Source: Ignavibacteriota bacterium | GTDB lineage: Bacteria; Bacteroidota; Ignavibacteria; UBA10030 | Assembly (NCBI GenBank): GCA_963701295.1 | Contig: OY969585.1 | Location: forward strand, 3,200,001 to 3,264,000 | Length of the DNA stretch: 64,000 nt | Reading direction: 5' to 3' | Shown: positions 1 to 10,919 of the stretch, piece after piece | Numbering within the stretch: the stretch's first letter is position 1 | Layout of the letters: each line of letters begins with the position of its first letter | Notes under the pieces: generated by a model | What the model was told of the DNA's origin: nothing | The model's input: the letters and a program-made list of their open reading frames with translations, nothing else | Databases searched by the model: none | Made by a program: the position numbers and the translations under genes

Positions 1-84
1 ATAAGCGATACAATTTCCATTCTCTCTTTCCTTCTACAATCTTTTTATGTTTACTACATTCTACTTGTTTCATTCTTTTGAGAA

Positions 85-1221
85 TCATTTCATGAAATAC
101 AATGCTGTAATCGTTCCAGCAAACATCCAGAAGAATACTCGCGCGAGCGGCAGATGATTTCGTTTGAGCCATCCCCACATTATCGCTGCACTAATCATTA
201 CTATGATGAGAACAAATGTTCCTGTAACACATTCCCATATTCCGAAGGTCTGGTCATAATAAAACCATAAGCTATGTTCATTCCAAAATCGCCCGTAAAT
301 GACAAGCAAATGGGCTGCATAGACCATCAACGACTCTCGGCTGACATCCAAGACAAACGACTTTTGAGTCTTGCGGTAATCCGCGTAGAACCAGCACACC
401 GTAAGGAGGAACATCACAATACCCAGACGAAGGAAGAAAAAGAAAGGATTCGCACGAACATCATCCGATCCAATGTGAAGATGCACAGGCAATTCCCCTC
501 CGATCAAGCATATCGTGAACAGAATCGCACCAATGAGTGCAAAACGTAAGATGAAATCTTTTTCTTTCTGCTGCTCACGCGCTTGAATGTATCCAGAAGC
601 AAAGTAACCTCCGAAGAGCATAAAAGCCATCCAGGGAAAAAGCGGAAAAAGCGAGTAATGCTTACCGTTGAGATATGCAGCAAGAGGCGCAGGGATTAAA
701 GCGTTGAAATCAATATCCCAAAAAAACATTGTCGCTAATACAACGAGTAATCCACCAGAAAATAGGAATGTCCGATACGTCCGATCGTTCCGTATAAGCA
801 ACCTTGAGAAAAATAATATGAGCAAGCCAAATGCTATGCAATGCAGAACATCTGATTGATAGAAACTCAGCCACTGAGCTTCTGTTGCCTCTGTGATTGC
901 TCGATGGAATGAAAAGAATGGAAGATGAAGGCTATATCCTACGACCCAGATCAATCCAATTCTTCCTAACTGTTTCCAAAATGCGAAGCCAAACGCTCGG
1001 AATGACTCTAATTTCTTTTGACTTGCAAGAAGGAAAACAAATCCGGAGATGAATATGAAACTTGGCGCCACAAGACCATTGATAAAGTTGAGCACATGGA
1101 ACCATGAAGTTGCTCTAAAATGCGGCAAGAGAAAGGCGTTAAAAACATGCACTTCGATCATCACTAACAGCGCCCATCCGCGAAGAAGATCAATAAAAGC
1201 GAGTCTTGAGTGCGATGCCAT
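85..1221 (-). CDS. DUF1624 / heparan-alpha-glucosaminide N-acetyltransferase-like membrane acyltransferase
   Basis: N-terminal RLAFIDLLRGWALLVMIEVH motif, FPLFPW motif, multiple TM segments. Confidence 0.8.
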   Translation of the reverse strand: MASHSRLAFIDLLRGWALLVMIEVHVFNAFLLPHFRATSWFHVLNFINGLVAPSFIFISGFVFLLASQKKLESFRAFGFAFWKQLGRIGLIWVVGYSLHLPFFSFHRAITEATEAQWLSFYQSDVLHCIAFGLLILFFSRLLIRNDRTYRTFLFSGGLLVVLATMFFWDIDFNALIPAPLAAYLNGKHYSLFPLFPWMAFMLFGGYFASGYIQAREQQKEKDFILRFALIGAILFTICLIGGELPVHLHIGSDDVRANPFFFFLRLGIVMFLLTVCWFYADYRKTQKSFVLDVSRESLMVYAAHLLVIYGRFWNEHSLWFYYDQTFGIWECVTGTFVLIIVMISAAIMWGWLKRNHLPLARVFFWMFAGTITALYFMK

Positions 1222-1340
1222 AGGAAGTGCTAGTTTTTAATTCTTGGTTCTTAGTGCTTCGTGGTTTATAGTTAAATTGTGCTGTCCAATTATGAGGAGC
1301 GAGTTTCTCTATCTTCTACCTTCTCCTTATTTTACTATCT

Positions 1341-2555
1341 TCAAATCACTTTCATTTTCTTCCCAATTTTTTCAAATGCCTCTAATGCATGATCGATATC
1401 TTTTTTCTTTAACGATGCCGAGATTTGAACACGCAATCGTGCTTCTCCCTTCGGTACTACTGGATACCAAAGACCTTTTATATAAACTCCTGCCTTCAGT
1501 AAAGCATTGCTCATTTCCTGTGCGATGGACGCTTCACCTAGCATCACCGGCACTATGGGATGCGTACCTTCGATAATCTTTAAGCCCAAACTCTTGATTT
1601 CCTTCCGGAAGTATGCCGTATTTTCATGCAGTCGTTTAACGATAGATTTATCTTTCATCAATAAATCAAACGCTGCCAGTGAACCGCACACGACTGCAGG
1701 AGGAAGTGAGTTCGAAAAGATGTACGGCCGTCCTTTCTGACGCATATATTCAACGAAATTTTTCGAGCCGCTGATAAAACCTCCGGCGGCTCCGCCTATT
1801 GCTTTTCCAAGCGTACCGATAGTAAAATCAATTTTGCCAAGCAAACCGAACTGTTCTGCTGTGCCTTGTCCACTCTTTCCGCAAACACCAATTCCGTGCG
1901 CATCATCAACAAAAACCACTGCACCGTATTTCTTTGCCAGTTCAAGAATTCTTGGTATCGGTGCCAGGTCTCCTTCCATACTAAAGACACCGTCGGTAGC
2001 TATCATCCGAATACGATAATCTTTCTCCATGTCTTCTTCTAATTGTCGTTCGAGATCGGCAACATCACCATGTTGATAAATCTTACGGTCTGTTGTTTCT
2101 GCCCTGCATAACCGCTGACCATCAATAATGCTGGCGTGATTCAATCGATCGCTATAAATAACATCTTTGTAATTTTCAAAGCCAAGTTTTTCATTTGTGA
2201 ACGCTTGGAAAAATGCGATATTTGCCGCAAATGATGATGAGAAAAGAATAGTATCTTCCGATTTTAAAAACTTTGATATCTTCTTTTCCAATTCAAGATG
2301 AATCGTTTGAGTGCCGGTGAGAAAACGCACTGAAGCAAGCCCATATCCATATTTCTTCATTCCATTGATTGCGGCTTTCACAACAACCGGATGGTTCGAC
2401 ATGCCAAGATAATTGTTGGAAGCGAGCATAACCACTTCTTTACCACTTACCCTGACAATTCCACCTTGAGCACTTTGAAGAGCGGTTTCATATTTGAAAG
2501 TCTTTGTGTCTTCAAGATGTTTTAGCTCTGCTGCGAGAAGTTCATTGAGTTTCAT
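1341..2555 (-). CDS. kbl: Glycine C-acetyltransferase (2-amino-3-ketobutyrate CoA ligase)
   Basis: SNNYLG, SVRFLTGT, DRLNHASIIDG, TDGVFSMEGD, GTLGKA, VVPKGEARLRVQISA. Confidence 0.9.
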   Translation of the reverse strand: MKLNELLAAELKHLEDTKTFKYETALQSAQGGIVRVSGKEVVMLASNNYLGMSNHPVVVKAAINGMKKYGYGLASVRFLTGTQTIHLELEKKISKFLKSEDTILFSSSFAANIAFFQAFTNEKLGFENYKDVIYSDRLNHASIIDGQRLCRAETTDRKIYQHGDVADLERQLEEDMEKDYRIRMIATDGVFSMEGDLAPIPRILELAKKYGAVVFVDDAHGIGVCGKSGQGTAEQFGLLGKIDFTIGTLGKAIGGAAGGFISGSKNFVEYMRQKGRPYIFSNSLPPAVVCGSLAAFDLLMKDKSIVKRLHENTAYFRKEIKSLGLKIIEGTHPIVPVMLGEASIAQEMSNALLKAGVYIKGLWYPVVPKGEARLRVQISASLKKKDIDHALEAFEKIGKKMKVI

Positions 2556-2619
2556 AGAGAATAGCCCTTAACAATCAAGGTTCATCATTAGATTTCTTAT
2601 ACTTTAATTAGTGAGGATT

Positions 2620-3996
2620 TTATTTTTTCTTCATTCGGACTGAGAACGATCCGTCCATCCCATGCTTATGCTGGAATGTTTCCACTTGCCCTTGACTTCC
2701 CATGAAATTCTGATGAACAAACGTATTCGCCGGTTCAATGGAAAACTCAAGATGTCGAACAAGGAATTCTTTGATAAGATCGAAATTTTCTTCCGGTTCG
2801 ATTGTGCACGTACTATAAACGAGCACTCCGCCTGGTTTCACAAGTTTCGCGGCATTTTCGAGAAGCGAACTCTGCAGATGCACGAGTTTTTGAATATCAT
2901 CAACATCCCGCTTCCATTTGGCATCTGGTTTCTTCGAGAGAACGCCAAGTCCGGAACATGGTGCATCCACCAACACTTTGTCTGCAGGAGGTATCTCAAG
3001 AATCGCACCATCTTCAGCAACTAGATGAACGTTCGTTATGCCTAATCGCTGACATGCGTTCTTCACGAGATTGAGACGAGTCTCATAACGATCAACAGCG
3101 ATAATTTCACCGAAGTTTTTCATCAGTTCTCCGATAAATGTTGTCTTTCCTCCTGGAGCTGAACAGAGATCAATAACGCGTTCTCCTGGTTTTGGATCGA
3201 GTAAGAGGACCGGAATACCGGCACTCTCATCCTGAACGGAAAAATATCCCTGCGTAAAGAGTTCTGATTTTCCAATGCCGGCCATATGTTGAACGCGAAC
3301 AAAGAAATCGAGATACTGAGAACGCGTATATTGAATTTGATGTTTGTCTAATAACGAGAGAAAATAATTCAAATCCACTTTCAAGCGATTAATCCGTAAC
3401 GCTAAATCAGGAATGGAATTGTTTGCTTCCATCATCAATTTCGCTTCATTATATCCGTAGCGTTCCACCCATCGTTTCGTCATCCATACCGGATGAGATT
3501 CGATCACAGCAAGGTGCCGAATTTTATCTTCTTCCTGATCAGGATAGCGAATGTTTTCTATATTTCGGAGGATATTGCGCAGGACGGCATTGACGAGATC
3601 ACCTACTTTCTGTCCGCGCAGCCGTTTGATGAACTCAACTGCTTCATTAACGGCGGCTGAATGCGGGACCCGGTCGAGAAATTGAATTTGATACAATGCC
3701 ACACGAAGTGCGTTCTTGACATTCGTTTCCGCTTTTGTGAAGTTGCCATGGAAAAATCCAGTGAGAACCCAGTCGAGTTTCATTTTCCAACGAATCACAC
3801 CAGTGACGATCTCGTTCATGAGACTTTTATCTAATTCATTCATAGCGTCCGAACTTAGTTCCGCATCAAGCAGCTTATCAAGATAAGCATCTGAACGCTC
3901 AACTCGGTTAAGTATCTTTACTGCTGTGCCGCGCGGACCGGCATATATACTATCTGGTTGTTGCGGATATTCTTGTGAAGTAGTGTCTTCTTGCAT
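2620..3996 (-). CDS. rsmB: 16S rRNA m5C967 methyltransferase RsmB/Sun (NusB-like N-terminal domain)
   Basis: AVNEAVE, LVNAVLR, DLCSAPGGKT, VDAPCSGLG, YSTCT. Confidence 0.92.
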   Translation of the reverse strand: MQEDTTSQEYPQQPDSIYAGPRGTAVKILNRVERSDAYLDKLLDAELSSDAMNELDKSLMNEIVTGVIRWKMKLDWVLTGFFHGNFTKAETNVKNALRVALYQIQFLDRVPHSAAVNEAVEFIKRLRGQKVGDLVNAVLRNILRNIENIRYPDQEEDKIRHLAVIESHPVWMTKRWVERYGYNEAKLMMEANNSIPDLALRINRLKVDLNYFLSLLDKHQIQYTRSQYLDFFVRVQHMAGIGKSELFTQGYFSVQDESAGIPVLLLDPKPGERVIDLCSAPGGKTTFIGELMKNFGEIIAVDRYETRLNLVKNACQRLGITNVHLVAEDGAILEIPPADKVLVDAPCSGLGVLSKKPDAKWKRDVDDIQKLVHLQSSLLENAAKLVKPGGVLVYSTCTIEPEENFDLIKEFLVRHLEFSIEPANTFVHQNFMGSQGQVETFQHKHGMDGSFSVRMKKK

Positions 3997-4115
3997 TCAA
4001 TTATCTTTCATCGAGAATGTCCTGCACTGTAAATCATAGAAACAGGCCGGAACTGAGCAAACGGCAAGAAGTGCGGGAATTGATTATCTTTGAAGGTGTA
4101 GAGTTGTGCTGCCAT
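3997..4115 (-). pseudogene. 5' remnant of a GlmU-like putative sugar nucleotidyltransferase (NTP_transf_4-like)
   Basis: ATG at 4115 reads MAAQLYTFKDNQFPHFLPFAQFRPV; after a frameshift it reads YDLQCRTFSMKDN*, resembling the family start F-E-D...FLPL..RPV.DLRCG..TL.EK; the rest of the gene is absent. Confidence 0.55.
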
Positions 4116-4187
4116 CGGTCAGATCAATTTTATGAACAGTTGGATACACGGAGGTTCGATATTTCAAACCTTCGCAATACCGACAAC

Positions 4188-4222
4188 AAAAAAGCGGAAT
4201 GCATTCTGAAAACACATTCCGC
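4188..4222 (-). terminator. Intrinsic terminator after rpmE
   Basis: GCGGAATG...CATTCCGC stem followed by T6 on the minus strand. Confidence 0.7.
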
Positions 4223-4243
4223 CTTTGGAATAGCAACGTCGTT

Positions 4244-4477
4244 CTATGCCCCAGCTACAGCTGCTTTTGGTTCCTCTGGCTTTGCAGCGTACTTCCGTTT
4301 AAACTTCTCAATACGTCCGGCTGAATCGAGCAATTTTTGTTTACCGGTGAAAAACGGATGACAATTTGCGCAAATTTCTATGTGGAGGTTGCCCGTGGTA
4401 GAACGAGTCTCAAATACATTACCGCATACGCAGGTAACCACAGCTTTTTTATATGTTGGGTGAATTCCTTCTTTCAT
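4244..4477 (-). CDS. rpmE: 50S ribosomal protein L31 (Zn-binding type)
   Basis: [33 protein letters not shown]. Confidence 0.97.
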   Translation of the reverse strand: MKEGIHPTYKKAVVTCVCGNVFETRSTTGNLHIEICANCHPFFTGKQKLLDSAGRIEKFKRKYAAKPEEPKAAVAGA

Positions 4478-4606
4478 CTCAATCCTCTATTGCTTTCTAT
4501 GATTAGACTTTTATTAAAGTACGAAAAAACCGATTGATTTGCAAAAGAAATTTAATTTTTGCGCAATATCTGCACATTTGAAGAAGACATTTTCCCCCGT
4601 GTTTTC

Positions 4607-4661
4607 GTAGGGGTTTGATTCATCAAGCCCAAAATGAGGTTGTGATCAATCATGCCCCTAC
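4607..4661. repeat. GTAG-type REP-like palindromic doublet
   Basis: GTAGGGGTTTGATTCATCAAGCCC ... GTGATCAATCATGCCCCTAC with inverted GTAGGGG/CCCCTAC ends. Confidence 0.6.
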
Positions 4662-4755
4662 TAAAGCTCCTTCATTTTTTCTTATCTCTGCAACCACTCG
4701 TAGTGCCCAACTCATAGTCGGATACATAGCGATTCTTTCTCTTTCCTTCTAAGTT

Positions 4756-4823
4756 GGGGAGGGAGTTCCACTCCCGACCCCTTCTATTTGGTTTACTTTT
4801 AGTTCAGGAGTGCAACTCCTTCA
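4756..4823. repeat. Inverted pair of short REP-like hairpins
   Basis: Minus-strand TCGGGAGTGGAACTCCCTCCC resembles plus-strand TCAGGAGTGCAACTCCTTCAC. Confidence 0.4.
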
Positions 4824-5105
4824 CAACTGATGGATCAAGAATTGATTTCCTTCAAGTCTTAGATCATCAATCAAACATCTCCACTCTTCGTCCTTGGATA
4901 AGAACCCGATTTTGTAAATGCAATCACACTTCGCAAGCTAAAACCATCGTTCAAGATCTCTTCCCTCGCGAATCAAATCTTCCAGAGTATATTTCACTGA
5001 ATCTGATAAGAGAGAAGTGCCAGAGTTACCAGTTATTTTCATATTCCAATTCATTTTAATTGTGTTGCTTGAATTTCATTCTCAATTTTGGTAGATTCAT
5101 ATTGA

Positions 5106-6041
5106 ATGAAACGAACACTTCTTTCTCTCATTGCCGCTGCCTGTGTTACGGCAACACTCTCTGCTCAACAAGAAACGTATGATTTTCTTCGAATCGACGT
5201 GAGTGCACGAGCCGCGGCCCTCAATGGCAGTTTCGTCTCGATGAAAGACGACCCGAATGTGCTGTTCTATAATCCAGCAGGCCTTGGAACTTTGAGCAGG
5301 CCTAGGATATCCGCCAGCTACTTAGATTATCTCATGGATGTCAATATGGGGTCGTTGAGCTACGCTCAATACGTTGAAGGAATCGGAAATATCGGCGGCG
5401 GCATCACCTATATCGATTACGGTTCATTTAATCGAACCGATGAGAATTTAAATGTTATCGGAACGTTCGGTGCAAAAGAACTGGCGTTTATTACAGGCAT
5501 CGCCGCACATTATGACGACGATATCCTTGTCGGCATTAATGTAAAATATATTTATTCCTCTATAGCAGAGTACAGCTCAAGTGCACTTGCAGTCGATTTT
5601 GGATTCCTCTATGATATTCCTTCGCAGAATCTTACAATCGGCGGCAGCATTTTGAATCTTGGTACCCAGTTAAAAACATATGCTGGCACAAATGAGTCAC
5701 TTCCCCTTGATGTCATATTCGGCATTACGAAGCGGCCTGAACATCTTCCAATGTTTCTGAACCTCGACTTCCATCGGCTCAACGAAAAAGGCAATACGTT
5801 TTGGGATCGCTTCAGTGTTTTTACAGTTGGTGCCGAGATATTGATGAGCGAATCATTCCGGTTGCGTGTTGGGTACAACAACCAGCAGCGGAAGGACTTC
5901 AAAATGGGAACAAGTGCTGGTCTTGCCGGTTTCTCTATGGGTGCCGGAATTATTGTGAAGGACTGCCAATTTGATTATGCGTACAACTCTTACGGCAAAA
6001 TCAACGGATTACACCGTATTTCTCTCGGTATGAGTCTGTAA
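5106..6041 (+). CDS. PorV/PorQ-family T9SS outer-membrane beta-barrel
   Basis: Signal peptide, YDFLRIDVSARAAAL, FYNPAGL, C-terminal FDYAY...HRISL. Confidence 0.85.
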   Translation: MKRTLLSLIAAACVTATLSAQQETYDFLRIDVSARAAALNGSFVSMKDDPNVLFYNPAGLGTLSRPRISASYLDYLMDVNMGSLSYAQYVEGIGNIGGGITYIDYGSFNRTDENLNVIGTFGAKELAFITGIAAHYDDDILVGINVKYIYSSIAEYSSSALAVDFGFLYDIPSQNLTIGGSILNLGTQLKTYAGTNESLPLDVIFGITKRPEHLPMFLNLDFHRLNEKGNTFWDRFSVFTVGAEILMSESFRLRVGYNNQQRKDFKMGTSAGLAGFSMGAGIIVKDCQFDYAYNSYGKINGLHRISLGMSL

Positions 6042-6090
6042 CTCTCAGCAAATTTCAGATAATCAAAAAATAGTGACCATTTTTCCACAC

Positions 6091-6837
6091 CTATCGCAGT
6101 ATCGCATCTAGAAGTTTTTCACTCAGATAAAAAAGGATCATTCCTCCAAAGACCAGGAGTGGCGGTAAGCGGCTTTTTGTTTTGTTCACTTCAGGAATCA
6201 AGTCGCTTGCACCCACATACGTTACAGTACCAGCGGAAAATGCGAACGCAATACCGGCAAGCTGGGCATCAACATGCTCCAGCAAAAATACTGAACAAGC
6301 TCCAATAAAAGTTGCAAGTCCTATACCTATTGCCGAATACAGCACGACCCTGCGCGAGAATCCGGCACTCATCATGATCGAACCGATCGTGAGCCCTTCC
6401 GGAAATTTATGCAAGAGGATTGCCAGGAAAATGAGAAGTCCAAGATAGAAGTCATATTGAAAACCAACTGAGATGGATAACCCATCGAAAAAAGCGTGGA
6501 TGAATAATCCCGTGAACGCAGAATAGCCGGTAATTCTTGACATCATCACATCGTGATGAGTCTCCTCACCAAAATGGAAGTGTCCAACAACAGTATGTTC
6601 AAAGAAATGGATTGCTGCAAAACCGATAAGAATCCAAACAGCTGCAGACTCACCTACAAATCCAAAACTAATAGGCACCAGCTTGAGGAAAACGAGCGCA
6701 AGAATAAATCCCGCACTAAGTGCAAGAAGTACCTCTTGAACGCGTGTCGGCCAACTTTTCCGTGATGCGATCATGGTGCCGCCAAGAACAACGGCGATAG
6801 ACGCAATAAGGGCAAGTAAAAGAATTTGAGTTTTCAT
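6091..6837 (-). CDS. ZIP family metal transporter
   Basis: Starts MKTQILL at ATG 6837 (TGATG overlap); HFHFGEETHH loop, HAFFDG, LHKFPEG, YVGASDLIPE. Confidence 0.85.
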   Translation of the reverse strand: MKTQILLLALIASIAVVLGGTMIASRKSWPTRVQEVLLALSAGFILALVFLKLVPISFGFVGESAAVWILIGFAAIHFFEHTVVGHFHFGEETHHDVMMSRITGYSAFTGLFIHAFFDGLSISVGFQYDFYLGLLIFLAILLHKFPEGLTIGSIMMSAGFSRRVVLYSAIGIGLATFIGACSVFLLEHVDAQLAGIAFAFSAGTVTYVGASDLIPEVNKTKSRLPPLLVFGGMILFYLSEKLLDAILR

Positions 6838-7996
6838 CAGTTGCGTGTGTACGGTTTTTCTAGGGTACTTTTTTGATTCTGTATAGGAATTTTCGTATTC
6901 TTTCATTGCTAATACTTTTTTATATTGCTGCATCGCATCTTGCCTCTTCCCTTGTGCGTCATAAATCATGCCGATTAGTAAATTCCCGAGCGACATGAAT
7001 CCGGATGGCTCATCTTTGTCAATTTTTCTGCTCAATTCGTCGCATCGGTACAAATTGTTCAAAGCAGCATCAAATCGTCCGGCTATAAAATCAAATTTTC
7101 CAAGGTAATAGTACGCCTCACGTGCATCGTATGTGTCATATCCCAACTGTTTTTTTGAACAGCGTTTTTCGATATCTACAAAGATGTCTTTCGCTTCGCC
7201 AAGATAACCTGTGCTGACTAAACAACGGCCTACATAGCGATGGAACATGGAATTGTTCGGGTACTTCGCATGCAGCTTTCGAGCAAGTTCAAGAGCATTC
7301 GCATAGTCTTTCTCATAAACGAAATAGTTCTGCATGAGAAAATACATCGCTTCAACTTTTGCGTACTTCGCTTTTTGTGATGCTTGGCGAAGTTGCTCTA
7401 ATCCCTTCTTCCGGTCACCGCTCGGAAAGAAAATCATTGCTGGTTTAACAAATGGATAATTTTCGGGCACAACAGAAGCGTAATAATTGTAAATACCGAT
7501 TCCCAGCAAGACATCATAATTGTTCGGCTCCAGTTCGTATGCCTTTCGCACCAACGGCAACGCAACCATGCCGTCGTTGGCGGCACCAAGCCATTTGCCT
7601 CGATTTGCATGCAATCGTCCGCGAAAACCGACTGCACCTCCATTGAAGAACATTGCTGTCACATCATTAGGGTACTCATCCAATTGTTTCTCACACATGT
7701 CAATGACCACATCAAGCATTTTGTATAATTTGTCATCCTGCGACTCATCATCAAAATTACTGATGATGCGTTCCCATTGAATCATCGCCCGAAAAAAGTA
7801 TCCTGCCGGATGATCCGGACGCAGGCGAATCACTTCCGTAAAGTCTGAATCAGCTCTATCGAATTCAAAGTTGTAAAGCTTATCAATACCGCGCAGTACC
7901 TCGTTGTTCTAGAACTGGATCGTCAAGCCATTGTGATTGAGCACTGGACCAGGCAAAGAGAAGTAGAAATGCCAAAAGAAAATATATATTTCTCAC
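6837..7996 (-). CDS. Secreted TPR protein (TTC39/DUF3808-like), interrupted by two +1 frameshifts (~7900 and ~6864)
   Basis: Signal peptide from GTG 7996 in one frame, VLRGIDKLYNFEFDRADSDF in the next; removing one C near 6864 restores ...KKYLEKPYTRN* ending at the TGATG; paralogue at 60107-61138. Confidence 0.7.
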
Positions 7997-8076
7997 TTTC
8001 TTATGTGCAGCCTGATATTGAAGGGGATTGATGCTTATTGAGTCCGATAGTATCGTAATGAAAAGTTCTTCCCTCA

Positions 8077-9564
8077 TTAGATCAATTTCTTCACTAAGTA
8101 ATCTCTGAGACCTGTGCTTGCTATACGCTCCTGCACCATGCTGTCGCGGTCGCGCACGGTAACCGTCTGATCTTGCAAAGTCTGAGAATCGATTGTTATG
8201 CAATACGGTGTTCCGATTTCATCCTGCCTTCTGTACCGCCTGCCCACTGCGCCGCTGTCATCATAGAATACTCGGAAATACGTCCTCAAATCGGCTTCGA
8301 GCTTTCGTGAAAACTCCGGCATGCCATCGCGATTGACAAGTGGAAAGATTGCCGCTTTAATAGGTGCGAGCTTAGGATGAAGCTTCATCACAACACGCAG
8401 CTCCATAGTGCCTTCGGCATTGGGCGCCTCTTCTTCACGATACGAATCCACAAGGAATGCCATAAACGACCGACTTGCACCGGCAGATGTCTCGATAACA
8501 AATGGCGTAAATTTCTCCTTTGTTTCCTCATCAAAATATTTCATACTCTTGCCGGAATATTGTTCATGGCGTGACAAATCGAAATCCGTTCGATTGTGCA
8601 CACCTTCGATCTCGCCCCAACCAAATGGGAACAGGTATTCAACATCATACGCATCCTTAGCGTAATGTGCGAGTTTATCCTTAGGATGTTGATGCCATTG
8701 GAGCTTTTCTTTTGTCATTCCGAGATCGATGTACCATTGCATGCGTTCGCTGCGCCAATATTTGAACTGTTGGTCATCAGTACCGGGCTTCACAAAAAAT
8801 TGCATTTCCATTTGCTCAAACTCGCGTGTGCGGAAAAGAAAATTCTTTGTGTTGATTTCGTTTCGGAATGCTTTCCCAATTTGCGCAATGCCAAAGGGCA
8901 GTTTCTGACGCGATGCAGATTGCACATTCAAAAAGTTGACAAATATTCCCTGCGCTGTTTCCGGCCGCAAAAAGACAATCGATGATGAATCTTCCACCGG
9001 ACCAATAAATGTCTTAAACATCAGATTAAATTTGCGTGCTTCTGTGAATGTTCCTTTATTACCGCAACTAGGACATGGGAGCATCAATACGATACGTGCT
9101 ACATCTTGATCGGTCGTTACAAGTTTTGCGAATTCTTCAATGATCGTCTCATCTTTTTGCTGCCCACCAAACTTTTGTGCATCGAGTTCGCGGAGAACAT
9201 CTTTTTTCTTTCTTAATGATAAGTCGTCAAAAAGAACGTCCATCCGGTATCGTGCTTTGCACTGTTTACAATCGACCATCGGATCTGTAAAATTCTCAAC
9301 GTGTCCTGAGGCTTCCCACACGCGTGGATGCATGAGAATGGAAGCATCGAGCCCTTCTACATTCTCACGATAGGTCATGCTTTTCCACCATTGTTGTTTC
9401 AGGTTATTGAGCATCTCAACGCCCAGCGGGCCATAATCCCAGCATCCATTCAAGCCGCCGTAAATTTCACTTGATTGAAAAACGAATCCTCGTCTCTTTG
9501 CCAGAGAAACAATCTTCTCCATTGCCTTTGCTTGATCACCTGCCGTCTTTTTATTCTGGCTCAT
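8077..9564 (-). CDS. glyQS: Glycine--tRNA ligase (alpha2 type)
   Basis: [48 protein letters not shown]. Confidence 0.97.
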   Translation of the reverse strand: MSQNKKTAGDQAKAMEKIVSLAKRRGFVFQSSEIYGGLNGCWDYGPLGVEMLNNLKQQWWKSMTYRENVEGLDASILMHPRVWEASGHVENFTDPMVDCKQCKARYRMDVLFDDLSLRKKKDVLRELDAQKFGGQQKDETIIEEFAKLVTTDQDVARIVLMLPCPSCGNKGTFTEARKFNLMFKTFIGPVEDSSSIVFLRPETAQGIFVNFLNVQSASRQKLPFGIAQIGKAFRNEINTKNFLFRTREFEQMEMQFFVKPGTDDQQFKYWRSERMQWYIDLGMTKEKLQWHQHPKDKLAHYAKDAYDVEYLFPFGWGEIEGVHNRTDFDLSRHEQYSGKSMKYFDEETKEKFTPFVIETSAGASRSFMAFLVDSYREEEAPNAEGTMELRVVMKLHPKLAPIKAAIFPLVNRDGMPEFSRKLEADLRTYFRVFYDDSGAVGRRYRRQDEIGTPYCITIDSQTLQDQTVTVRDRDSMVQERIASTGLRDYLVKKLI

Positions 9565-9650
9565 ATTCTCTTGCACTCTCTCTGATAACCAGTAATTGAA
9601 TCTTACTTATTTGTATCTTTCGTCATTGGTCGAATTTGCCATCTGCATGT

Positions 9651-10715
9651 TCATGCTACTTCAATCCTGCTTTGGTCACCGATCATAAAACGATGTACTT
9701 GCGGTTTTCCAATTGCCTCTACGACTTCAACGTCGTTGCCAAGAATGCTCCCTTCAATCCGAATACCGACATTCGTAACTTTACAATTCCGGAGAACAAT
9801 GCTATACTCAATTTCGCTGTTCCGCACTTCAGTTCTATCGCCAATGGAAGTAAATGGACCGATGTAACTGTTTTCAATAACACAATTTTTTCCGATGATA
9901 ACGGGACCGCGAATCTTGCTATTGATGATGCGCGCACCTTCCTCTATCGCGACACGACCTGCTACTTCAGATTGTTTATCCACAGTACCATCATTTCGAG
10001 GTGCGATGGTATCCAAAATCAATCGATTCGCTTCTAATAGATCGGTGGGTTTTCCGGTGTCTTTCCACCAGCCGGTAATTTCCGAGTAACCTACCTTCAA
10101 GCCGCGTTCAATAAGTAGTGTATGAGCATCGGATATTTCTAACTCACCGCGTGCGCTGGGTTTGAGGCTTTTGACTGCTTCGAAAATGTGATGATCATAC
10201 AGATAAATTCCTGCAACAGCATAGTTACTCTTCGGCTGTTTTGGTTTCTCTTCTACTCGCACAATTTTCCCATTGCGGATTTCGGGGACGCCAAATCGTT
10301 CAGGATCTTTCACTCTCGATAATGTCAGATAACAATTACATCCGCTCTTTTCAAATTCATCCACGAATCGTTTTACGCCGCCAACGAGCATATTGTCACC
10401 GAGGTAAAAAACGAACTTGTCGCCTGCAATAAACTTTTCAGCCAATTGTACGACCTGTGCAAGTCCACCTGGGGTTTCTTGCGGGATGTACGTAATCTTC
10501 ACGCCCCACTTTGCACCATCACCAATGTACTTCGGAACTTCCTGACTGTCTGCATTATGCACGATGCCAATTTCTTTGATGCCTGCATCTGCTGCCGCTT
10601 CAATGGCATAGTAGAGGATCGGTTTGTTTGCGATCGGAATAAGATGTTTATTCTGTGTGTGCGTAATAGGGCGCAACCTTGTACCACGTCCGCCGCTAGC
10701 AATAAGTGCTTTCAA
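9651..10715 (-). CDS. Glucose-1-phosphate thymidylyltransferase, long form
   Basis: GGRGTRLRPITHTQNKHLIP, YLGDN, PSARGELEI, WWKDTG, C-terminal beta-helix. Confidence 0.9.
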   Translation of the reverse strand: MKALIASGGRGTRLRPITHTQNKHLIPIANKPILYYAIEAAADAGIKEIGIVHNADSQEVPKYIGDGAKWGVKITYIPQETPGGLAQVVQLAEKFIAGDKFVFYLGDNMLVGGVKRFVDEFEKSGCNCYLTLSRVKDPERFGVPEIRNGKIVRVEEKPKQPKSNYAVAGIYLYDHHIFEAVKSLKPSARGELEISDAHTLLIERGLKVGYSEITGWWKDTGKPTDLLEANRLILDTIAPRNDGTVDKQSEVAGRVAIEEGARIINSKIRGPVIIGKNCVIENSYIGPFTSIGDRTEVRNSEIEYSIVLRNCKVTNVGIRIEGSILGNDVEVVEAIGKPQVHRFMIGDQSRIEVA

Positions 10716-10919
10716 TGGTCATCCTTTATACTGTTTTTTAACCGGTTTTCGTGTTGACGCTTTTTGAATGCCTGTCAACTATTTTGTGCGTTAGAAAAGT
10801 CGATTCAAAATCATATGTACTATGATACAAAAATATTTCTTCTTTTGGAATTCAAGCCATTGGTTGTACAAAGTTCGAACGAGATAGAATTCAGCCATTT
10901 TTTCCAAGCATCGACAAGA

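Noticed and set aside
1-73. Start of a minus-strand CDS running off the left edge
   Set aside because: Too short to identify
4824-5105. Short ORFs in the rpmE-porV intergenic region
   Set aside because: No recognisable motif in either orientation; cannot be supported
6091-7833. Novel TPR-ZIP fusion protein
   Set aside because: A single-base correction restores a normal TPR C-terminus and a TGATG coupling; best explained by frameshift
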